64,000 nt of DNA, from contig OZ244052.1 of the NCBI GenBank assembly GCA_965215125.1, positions 352,001-416,000 on the forward strand, in the 5' to 3' direction. This DNA is from an uncultured candidatus Porisulfidus sp. (GTDB lineage Bacteria; Pseudomonadota; Gammaproteobacteria; Poriferisulfidales; Oxydemutatoraceae). Of this stretch, positions 19,201 to 31,200 are shown in pieces (positions within the stretch are counted from its first letter, which is position 1; each line of letters begins with the position of its first letter). Position numbers and translations under genes: made by a program. The notes below the pieces were generated by a model. That model ran no database searches. It was not told where the DNA came from and saw only the letters and a list, made by a program, of their open reading frames with translations.

Positions 19201-22200
19201 TTATTCGGGTATTCTTACCGGCACTCGTAGCGATATCTATAATCACCGGTGCCTCCTCAACCTCTATCATTGCTCCGTAGTTAAATCTACTCGGCATAAA
19301 GCTCGGGGTCAAATGCACATTTTTTGAATTGACAGATAAGCTCAGTCGATCCAATAAAAGCGCATCGGCAATCTGACCGTGCAATAAGGAATCACAACTC
19401 GGCAATACCGTCTCGGGTTCGGTGTCGCAACCCGGGTCGGCCGTATCCAATCCGACTCCGTACTTAAGTGCCGGATATTGCGAACTGGTTCCGAAATTCC
19501 AATCGGCAGTATTCCAATTCACATAGGTCTTACATACATCTTCGGGCTCTAAGTCATTGACGAAACTCTCAATACATGAATTAGCCATAGTATCCGGAGC
19601 AATAGGACGCTTAAGGTTGTCTGGTATTCTTACATTCTTGATATTTCCCGCTATTCCGAAACATCGCACCCCTATTACGAAACTCAAGATAGTAATAAAC
19701 TTACAATTCCGGTCAAAGTTCCAATAACTATTGATCGGGTTTGCAATAGAGGTGTCGCCGGCAGGTAATATTCCGGCAACCAAGCCATTGAGTGTGCCAT
19801 CACCCACAACCTCACCTAGGGTATAACTATTTTCAATCGCTGAGTTATTATTGACACCGACTAAACCACCGGCAACTTTGTTGTCTGAGTTTACGCAGGT
19901 GCCGAACCCGGTCTCTACATTACCTGTCGCATAGCTGTTTTTGATTTCGCTCCTTTTCGGTAGCTCGTCTGAGTTGGTAGAAAACTGATTGCCTACCAAA
20001 CCACCGACGATGCAAGGGCCTTTCACTTCACCGGTCGCATAGCTGTTATACACCTTGCCACCGTCTATATTCCTACCGACCAAACCGCCTACTCCGACCC
20101 GCTTGTTTCCCGGTGTTTCGGAATCTTCGGCAACCACATTGATCTTTGCATAACTATTGAGTATAAAACCTTTATTCCAGCCGACTAGACCGCCTATGAA
20201 TCCTCTACCGTTTCCGAATCCGACATCGCCTCTTATTATTTTATCGGTATTTCCGGATGCAACATCGCCGACCACATAGCTATTCATAATGACACCGCCG
20301 CGTTCCATTCTGCCGGCAATACCACCTACATTTTTGATCCCGACCAGACCTTTGATTGTCGGATCTACAAGTCCCAAGTTCTTAACCTTTCCGACTACTC
20401 CTATTTGGGAAAATAAACCTATATGGTTTGTATCGCCGACGCTACGATTTATTTGTATATTGGATATCGTATAGCCGTTGCCGTTAAATACGGCATTTAA
20501 TCCATCGATAGGCTGCCAACCCGAATCGCTTGCATCCTTAAAATCACTCACCGTCCAACTATTTTTGAGTAGCGACGGACTCGGTGTACGATAGCTTGCA
20601 TCGTCGGTAAAATCTAAATCGTTCATCAACTCATAGCCCCGGCATTGCTCTACACCGTTGACCAACGGACACCCTGTAGTGATCTTATCCACACTTGCGG
20701 TTGCTTTATAACCGCTACCGTCCGACTGATAGCGTATCGCATCCAAATCTTCCAAATAACGAATCTCTATCAAACCATCGTTATCGTCGTCTATGTCCGA
20801 ATAGTCTATGACCTCGGATTCAAATTGCCCGCGATAACCTTGATTGTCTTCATACATAGCGAGTACACGATATTGATAATCTCCTTCGTTAGGAATAGTA
20901 TAGGCAAACGTAGACACTAGGTTTATCCAACCCTCCGCTTCGCTACGACGACGCTGCCATTGTATACGGGTTTCGGCAAAGCCACCGTCGCGGTCTATAA
21001 ACTCGCTACCGTCCGCTCTTTCAAATTTAAGAGTATAAGCGTGCAGTTTATCGTCGTCTTTAAGCAAGCGAATACGATCAGCTGTATCGTTATCTCGTTT
21101 GGAAATTATCAACGATAGCACTTTGCTTAGATACACGTCTTCGTTCACAACGATTTCCAAGGTCAACTGTATGACACGGCGATCGTCTTGCTTAGACACC
21201 ACATCGCTAGGTACCGTAAAATCCAATACGGCACTTTGTGTGTCAACCGGCGATAGCTCATCGTTGAACCTTAACGCATCACCTGTCGATTGCCGCCACC
21301 TATAGCGATAAGAATCTGTACTCAAACCAAAATCATACGAAGTTATCAAACGAATACGCTCACCTTCGGCTGCCGCTAACGGCAACGATATTATTGTTGT
21401 AGTCGTTGCCGTCATTCGTCCGATATCCGATTCGACGTAACGGACAGAGAAGTTATAAGACAATACGCCAACATCGGAGTTATCGGTGGTTATAGTAATT
21501 TTCGGTGTATGGCTACCGTCCAATATAAACGATGTCGGAATACCCGACGAACACACCAAGTCGTCGCTACAGGCGGTATCAATCGTCGTACCCGCTCGAG
21601 TTGATGTCGTGTTCAATCGTACTTCGGTCATTCGGGCAGCCTCGGCTATAAGGTCATAATCAAAAATGAGCGGATGAAAAGACGGGAAAAGGCGGACATT
21701 GTTCGATAGGGTCAAACTCTGCAACAGACTCTTTCCTTCGGGAGTAAGTAGCGGCGCATCGGCAATGGCTTTCAGCTCGGGATAGCGATTCGCATCTGCA
21801 AACTCCCAAATATCGGCATCCCAATTTCTATAAATGCTGTTTATCGGCGTAGTCGGCGTAGACGATCGGAGTATTGCCGTGGTTGCGGAAGAGCCGCCGG
21901 CACTCGATGCGACACCGCTCGCCTCTATATCCCAATAACTATCATTAACCTTTGCATCGTTGACGGCAACCAAACCACCTACTTTAGGCCTCGCACCGAC
22001 GGCTATAACCCTATTCACCGCATAGCTGTTGATAATCTTGCTAGAACCTCGGTTGAGAGCAACCAAACCACCGACGGTGTCCCAACCGATTATAGACCCT
22101 ATCGCATAGCTATTCTCAATGCGACTGCGATTGTCGTTTAGGGCAACCAAACCACCTGCCAATGCCACCGATAATCCGGCCGCTAGATTAGCTTTCACTT

Positions 22201-25200
22201 GTGTCTCGGCATACGACTCGGTAATGGAACCGGCAACATTCCTGCCGACCAAGCCACCCACCATTGCCGATGTGCCGTTACCTCTTGCCATCACAGAACC
22301 GACGACATAACTCCGGCGAATGTCGCCCGCTCGGTTAGTGCCGACCAGACCACCGACATGCGCACCTCCGACTATATCTACACTCGTTAAACCAATACCT
22401 TCTATTAAGACATCGCTTTTGCTACCGTCTAGCACACCGAACAGTCCGATATAGTCGCTATCCGGGCTATTCACTCTCAAATTAGAAATCGTATAGCCGT
22501 TGCCTTTGAATATTGCCGTGAACGGATGTAGCGAGGTGCCTATCGGCTGCCAGCCTGACCCGGTAGTCCAGGCGGTGTTCACGCTCCCTGCTCGGTAATG
22601 TGCCGGATTATCAAAGTCCAAATCTTGCAACAGCTCATAGCCTTTGCAGCCGGTCATCGGACAACCTTTGGCACTTTCTATCAATACACCATCGGCGTTT
22701 TGATATCTCAGACTTCTGCCGTCCAACGCATTGCGTATCGCATCCAAATCTTCCAGTGTTAGAATATCTATCAACCCATCTTTATCGGTATCCACATCCC
22801 CTTCAAAACCGGAAGAGAAATAATCGACTTCAAAGCGATATCGGATGCGCCGATCCCCCGAAACTTCAACACTAATCACAGTCGTATCGGTCGAACGCAA
22901 CACAATTGCCGAACTGGTAGTGCCGGTTTTGATCGTCTCGTCAAAACCATTATCACTAACGATGCGAATGGTTGCATCCTCATCCAATGCATTCGGTATC
23001 AAATGTAACTGCTTTATGTTTGCATCCAACTCTATGCCGATTCGATAATACAATTTAGTCGTATCGAAGTTCGGAGATAGCGTCACAATCTCTGCAATCG
23101 TTAAACTTGTCAAACCATAAGACTGTAAGCCGGTGAGCGTGCTTTCGGTGTTGGTGGTATATTTAAGAATCGGATAGTGATATACATCGCCGAAATGCCA
23201 ATCGCTATCGTCCCACCGGTAATACGCTCCGCTTGCATCCGACGATTGACCGGTGCCCGATTGTAGTTGTACGGTAGTCTTGCCGACACCGCCGGCAGAT
23301 TCATGTAGGTTGCTCGTAGCGATATCCCAATAGCTATTTACCGCAATACCCCCGACATTGCTACCGATTAGCCCCCCTGTGGCAACCGTATACGAGGTGC
23401 ATGCAGGCACACCCGTGCATACAATATCCGCCGTCGCATAACTGTTGCCAACCGAACCACTGTTCTCACCGATCAAACCACCGATAAGTGCGACTCCTTC
23501 GACACCACCGCTTGCATAAGTGTTTGCAATAGAACCGAGGTTCAAGGCGACCAAACCGCCGATGCCGGTGTCGCCCGATACACGACTCAAGCTGTAGCTG
23601 TTTGTAATCACCCCGGTACTTTCGTTGCGGGCGATCAAACCACCGACCGAAGATCCACCCGATACCGCACCGTAAGCATAACTATTGGAAATACGACCGA
23701 CATTGTAGGCAACCAAACCCCCGACGGCATGTTCTCCTGCCAACGTACCATCGGCAGAGCTGTTGTCTATAACCCCGGCATTATAGGTAGCTAGACTTCC
23801 GACACCGAAGCGACCCCCGACCTCTACATCCGTCAAATTAACATTTTTGACTTGCGCACCGTCGGCTAATGCCGCAAATAGACCGACATTGTCGGTGGCA
23901 GTTTTATCGATACGCAGATTTGAAATAGTATGATTGTTGCCGTCGAATATCGATGCAAAGCATCGGCTTTGCGTATCGTTGCAATCAAGCGTCGTAGCGT
24001 CGATTACTCCGATCGGATGCCAGTCAAAACCGGAAAGGTCTATGCTCGCCGCAAGTTCGTAGCCTTTACAACCGAGGGTCGGGGTGGTCGGACACCCCAC
24101 GGTAATTTTGGTGTCGTCGCGACTCGCTTTATAACCGCTACCGTCCAGTTGATAACGAATCGCATTCAAAGCGTCCGCACTGCGAACCTCTATCAAACCG
24201 TCGTCGTCTTCGTCTATGTCATTGACGGTAACAAAAGAGTGTTTGCTTACCCTAATACTATAGAGCGTCGTTTGCGTAGTTCTAGATACCAAAGGATCCT
24301 CCACTGTCAACGTCAGCAAAAGATCATTGATATTGTCTATCGTAAGCGTAGTGACTTCACCGCTTCGTAATTCCATGCGCGGGTTCGTTTCGCTGTCGTC
24401 GTTGAGCGTAATCACCGCATTCGGGTTAAATGTATATGGAATGATGCTGAACTCACGCGCATCGCTTTTTAATATCAACTCGTAATCGTATATCCCGGAA
24501 TTAAAGTCGGGTCTTAATAGCAGAACTTGACCGGTTCGATTTGAGCGCGCCAGATTACTTAGACCAATACCCTGACCCGGCAATAGGTTTCCACAAATCG
24601 GCAGTTCGACGCCTTCGTCTCCGGTTTCTCGACATGCCGGGCGAGCGACTACATCGGTAGCACTGGTATATCTCAAAACCGGATATTGCAAACTGCTTTC
24701 GGAATACCAATCGTTGTTATCCCAGTTGCTATAGATCCCATCTCCGATCGCAGGTGTTTGAAGCTCTGCTGTCATCTTGCCGATACCGGCGACCGATTCT
24801 GTTGTATCGCTCGTATCGATATCCCAATAACTCGCATTGACGGCATCCCTAATCTCGGCATTCGCAGTACTGCCTACTAATCCACCGATAAGACTTTTGC
24901 CCGTCACTTTGCCGATTGCATAGTTATTGTTCACCTTTGTCGTATCCAGTAATAATCTACCGATCAAACCACCGATGTGAATATTACCCGAAACATCGCC
25001 GGTCGCATAACTATTAACGATCTCTCCACCGAAATAACCGGCTAAACCACCTACATAGTCATTTCCGACAACCGTACCGCTTGCATAACTATTACGAATG
25101 GTCGGACTCCTCTCATTTTCATTTAAGGCTCTACCTCCGTGTATACCCACCAAACCTCCCGCAACACGATTATTCGTTTTCATACCAACCTGCACATCAA

Positions 25201-28200
25201 CACGAGTATAGCTATTAACAATCACACCCCGAGGATTCCTACCGACCAAACCACCTACGAACAAATCACCTTGAACACGACCGCCTACCACATAACTGTT
25301 GATGATTTTGCCGTGATTCTCACCTACCAAAACACCGATATCAAACAGACTATGCCGATCATTATCAACATCAATATTCACATTGAGTAGACCGATATTC
25401 TCAATTCTCGCATCATCCGCCACAACACCGAATAAACCGATATCACCGACAGGTATACCGTGGATCCTCAAGTTTGATATCGTATGCGCATTCCCGCTAA
25501 ATAAACCGCTGAAAGGATTGTGATGGTTTCCTATCGGTTGCCAACCCGCACCGGTCGTCCATATCGGGTTGAGATTACCGGTACGATAACTCGTAGGATT
25601 CTTAAAATCCAAATCTCTAGCCAATTTATAACCCTTACACCGCCTCACACCGTCCTCGGTATCTATAGGACAATCCTTCAAAGTGGAGGATACCTGCGCC
25701 AGAGAGTAACGCATTAGATCCAAGTCCTCTAGATAATCAATCGTTATCAAACCATCGACTACTGCAATATTTTGCAATACCTTAATCGTATAGCGTGTCG
25801 GCATGCCCGGCGTTGCAGATTGAACTCTAATCATGATGCTGTCTAAATTGTCGTTTAGAGTAAACAATGAACTTCGCCCACTACTCGTAGATGAATTCAA
25901 ATCACCTGCGTCTACGGTGATTGTATCGCTACCGTAATAAGCGGTCGGTGTGGTACGAAACTCGTCGCCCGAACCAACGACTAAATGATAGTCGTATATC
26001 TCGGGATTAAACGCCGGAATCAAATGGGCATTTTTTGAAAACTCCAGCCGAACCAACCCGGCACGTTGCTCGGGTAGCAAGGCACCACAATACGGTGTCT
26101 GTTCCGGTAATCTCGGTAAATGACTACGACATACGACCGCCCTATCATGCTCCGACAAGGTTGCAAACAACCCACCGTTGCAAGCGGATAATTGCTCAAG
26201 CGACGGCTGCCTGCATACCATGTCGTTGGCATTGCCTGGCACATAAAGCAACGCCGGATATTGCTCTGCATTACCGAAGTGCCAATCGGCTCTATCCCAC
26301 TCGGTATAGATATCATCCGACGGCATACCCGACTGTAGTGCCATCACAGTTTTATCGGTACCGATCAGTGAATCGGTCCTAGAGATAACCGCACCTGCTT
26401 TGTAGTAGCTATTAACAATTAAACCTCCGAAAGCTATCAGCCCCCCCGCTAAATTACCATTTGTCCGCACGCGCACATCACCCACTGCATAACTATTGTG
26501 AATTTTCGCACTCTTCGGGCTACTACCAACCAAACCACCCGCCAAGCCGTTATTCGCTCTTACGGTACCGACGGCATAGCTATTAACAATAAAGCCACCT
26601 GTTTCGTTCCAACCGACCAGACCGCCTGCGTAAATATTATTTGCGTGTACGTCAACATTCGCATAGCTATTAACGATCATGCCGCCATTATTTCTGCCGA
26701 CCAAACCGCCGACGTAGCTGTTCAAAACGACTAGCTTGCCCTCTGCATGGCTATTGATAATCGTGCCGAAGTTATAGCCGGCTATGGCACCGACATTACT
26801 CTGTCCGGCGATATTCACATTCACCAGACCGACATTCTCAACTCTGCCACGCACCCCGATTACTTCGAATAGACCCATACCGATAGTATTGCCCATTTTT
26901 ATAGTCAAATTGGATATCGTGTAACCGTTGCCGTTGAATACACCGCTAAAAGGTTCACTCAAACTACCTATGGGTTGCCACTCAATCCCGGCAAGGTCTA
27001 TGTCGGCAGTCAATTCATATCCTCTGCAGCCGTTGGAACAATAGATCGCATCGGTGGTTTCGCTTTGTTGATAGGCACCGCCGTCCAAGCGATGGCGGAC
27101 GGCATTCAAATGTGTCGCATTACTAATCTCTATTAATCCATCGCCGTCTTCGTCTATGCTTTGAGCGACGATGTCGAGCCGATTGATGACGAATTGATAT
27201 CGATACGAATGTCGTTTGCCGTCTTTTACGACCAAACTAAAAACCGTATCGCCGGTGTCGTTCAACGGTATCGGCACCGTCCATTCACCGCTATCGGTTT
27301 CTCCTATTGAGGTGCCATCCTTAAAAACTTCAATCGTTGCTACTGCATTAAACGCAGTCGGTAACATGCGAATAGTACTGCGATCGGCATTGACCGATAC
27401 ACCGTAATCAAATGATGTAAATGCAAAAGGACTGGACAAACCTGCGCCTTCGGATAATTTTAGGTCTTGCAATAGGCTCCCTTGATGACGAAGCAAAGTG
27501 TGGCACGCATCGGGACGTCTCTGAATATCCGCCACATCACAATGTGCATCACCATCGGTAAAGTCGGCATCCAAATTATACCTAATCGCCGGATATTGCT
27601 CATCGGTGCCGAAATCCCAATCGTCGGTATCCCAATTTTTATAAATACTATCGGTCGGTGTCGTTGGTGCTTGCGATTGAAGCGCGACGGTACGCTTGAG
27701 CTCGCCTAGAGTCACCTGAGCTTGTGAGATATCTTTATCCAAATAACTTGTGTGAACGGTCGGTGCACGCTGATCGCTCGGGTTCCTATTGCCACCGAAT
27801 AAGCCTTGTGGCATATCGGCTCTGGTTGCCGAAACACTCGCATAGCTGTTGCTGATTTCAACAGCCGACGATGTGCGCACGCCGATTAAACCGCCTATAA
27901 ACGCATCATCGTGTTCTGCCGTAATCGTGCCGACTACATAGCTGTCGGTGATAGTTAAATCGGAGTCTACATCGCCGACCAAACCGCCGGCAACTGCCGA
28001 TCGACCGTTGACGGCAAGATTACCGACAAAATAACTATTGCTAATTCGGGCACGCCCGCCACCCGTTGCGCTAATAGTATTTATCAAACCGGCAACAGCG
28101 GTACTTCCCTCTATATTCCCTATCACATAACTATTGCTTATCGTACACCGCTTACACGATGCGGCAATTCCGGCAACCACATCCTCTTTAATATCCACAC

Positions 28201-31200
28201 CCGACAATCCGATACCGTCTATATGGGCAACACGACTATCGCTACCTATCGTTGTAAAAAGACCGCCTCTGGCCAATCTAGAATTTTGCCTCACTCTTAA
28301 ATTGGCAATCGTTTTATTATTGCCCTTGAATGTGCCGGTGAAAGTTGCTTCGTCTAATCCGATCGGTTGCCAGGCACCCACACCCGTCCATCGTCCCATA
28401 TTCTTCTCGGCATTGCGATAACTACCGGCATCGTTAAAATCCAAATCTCTTAACAATTCATAACCACGACATCCCGCACTCGGACAACCCGAGGTAATCT
28501 TGATGGACTCGTCATCCGCTCTATAGCCGCTACCGTCCAACTGATAGCGGATCGCATCCAAATCTTCCAAATAATCGATATCGACGAGACCGTCGCCGTC
28601 TTCGTCTATAACCCTATGGCTAGCGTAGTTCAAATAAAGCGTATACCTCACCGTCTGTGTGCCTTTTACTTCAACGACAACTTTTTTTATCCCGTCATTT
28701 TTCAACGAAATCGGAGCACTTGTATCGTGACTATCTACCATTTCTCGTCTATCTCCCATAAAACTAATATGCGCAGTTGATTCCATTGCCACCGGTATCA
28801 AGCGTATACTCGGATGTTCTCCGATCACCGTGCCTGAGTAAACGCCGCTTTGGTTGAGCCTCTCAATATCAAGCGGTGGATAGAATGTAACATCGTTTGC
28901 TGACGTTAAATCACGCAAACCATAGCGCAAACCCGGCGATATTAGATCTCCACATTGCGGCAACCCCGATGAACCACACTCAAAAACACCCTCGGTTGCA
29001 GTGGTATATTTAAGTATCGGGTATTGCCGACTGTTGCCGAAATCCCAATCGTCGGTATTCCAATCTTTATAAATGCTATTCGTCGGCATCGTAGAGTTCT
29101 GTGATTGAAGCTGTGCTGTAGTCTGTCCGATGCCGTTGCCACTTCCGGCAGCAATCGTATCGGTATTCCAGTAGCTGACGACGATTGTGCCGCCATCGTT
29201 TATGCCGACTAAACTACCTATACCTATTGCATTGCCGCTGCCTACCAGGTTGCCGACCGCATAACTACTTTTTATAGAGCCAAGGTTATATCCAACCAAC
29301 CCACCTGCGATAGCACCAACAATACTAACCGCTGCATAACCGTTAATAATCCGTGCTTTCGAAGCATTCCAACCGACCAGACCGCCGATAATAGTACTAC
29401 CTCCTCCCGGCAGAACCTTACCGGTTGCATAACTATTGGCAATCAAACTCCGATTAAGACCCACCAAACCACTAAACCGCGCGCCTGCCGAACTCGGTAT
29501 TACGATACTATCGGCATGACTATTGATAATCTTGCCGTTGTTATCTCCGATTAGACCACCGAGCGATGAAGTTCCGGACACTTCGGCTATTGCATAACTG
29601 CCGATAACCTCTCCGCCGTCGTTACTCGCAACCAGACCACCGCCCACACCCTCGATACTTTTTGATACAACACTGCCACTGACATAGCTATAGCCGACTT
29701 GCCCTCGGTGCGTGCCGATTAGTCCGGCAACTTTAGCTCCACCTTCTACTTTCACATTCAACAAACCGATATTGCTTATCAGTGCAGCGGATGTGCTAAC
29801 TCCGAATAAACTTTGATTGTCGGCATCGTCTCTATTTATCTGCAAACCCGATATCGTATAACCGTTGCCGTCAAAGCGACCGGCAAAAGGCTCCGACTCG
29901 TTGCCTATAGGCACCCAACCCGTATCGGTGGCATCCTGGTAATCATCTACCGTCCAAAAAATCCTATTCAACGGATCCAGATAACTCTCGCTATCTGCAA
30001 AATCTAAATCTCTAGTTAACTTATAAGAGCCCGTCGGTCGATCTCGTATCGCATCTAAGTCTTCTAGGTAGTTAATCGGCATAATCCTATCGTCGGTAAT
30101 GCTTTGATAATCGATATACAGCGCATAGCGTACGGTTACAGTTCCTTGCACTTCAATGTGAATACGCGTCATACCGATTGGCTGCAAAGAAATTGCTTTA
30201 CTCGTCTCGCCGCTTCGGATGCCGTCGTACGCGGTGTTGTCGTCGCCGATATAAAAACGAATGTGTGCGGCCTGCTCTATCGCCGTCGGAATCAATCGTA
30301 TCACATTAGCGGTACTGCTCAGACTACCGATATAAATACCGCTTCGGTTTTGTGCCTCTGTATCAAACTCGGGGGATAAGGCAACACCGTCCGCCGTCGC
30401 CAAACTACGCAAACCATAGCGCAAGCGCGGCGATATCAACTCGCCGCATTGCGGCAATCCCGGCACACCGCAGGCATCGCCGTCGGGTCCCGGTGCATAT
30501 TTGAGTATCGGATACTGCGCGCTGTTGCCGAAATCCCAATCGGCATCGTCCCATTCTTCGTATATCCCGATTGACGCAGTGGGTAATTGCATTTGTCGCG
30601 TACTCTGTCCGCTCCCGTGACCATTTTGTACACCTCCAATCTCAACATTCCAATAGCTTGCTCTAATGCTTCCTCCATTGATCGCAACCAAACCGCCACC
30701 ACTTCCCTGCACCCTACCGACGGCATAACTGTTGGTAATCATTGCCGCTGATATTTGATTAGTACCGACCAAGCCGGCTACACTACTATTTCCGGAAACT
30801 TCGCCGTTTGCATAGCTGTTGGTTATAGACCCTCGGTTGATACCGGTTAAACCCCCTACGAACAGATCCCCTCCCACATCACCGCCGGCATAGCTATTAA
30901 TCACGCGTGCGTTGATAGCATTCCAACCTATAAGACCCCCCACATTGTCGGATCGTCTTTCCAATATCCGAACCGTTGCATGACTATTGATTACTATACC
31001 CTCATTGGTGCCGACTAAACCGCCCAGATGGCTCGAAACCGAACTTTGCATCGAAATATCCGAGCCGGCATAGCTATTGATGATTTTACCGTGGTTCACT
31101 CCGACAATGCCACCTACTAAACTATTTGCCGAAAACTCCCCGACCGCATAACTGCCGACGATAGTACCGGCATTAACACCCACCAGACCGCCGATATGCC

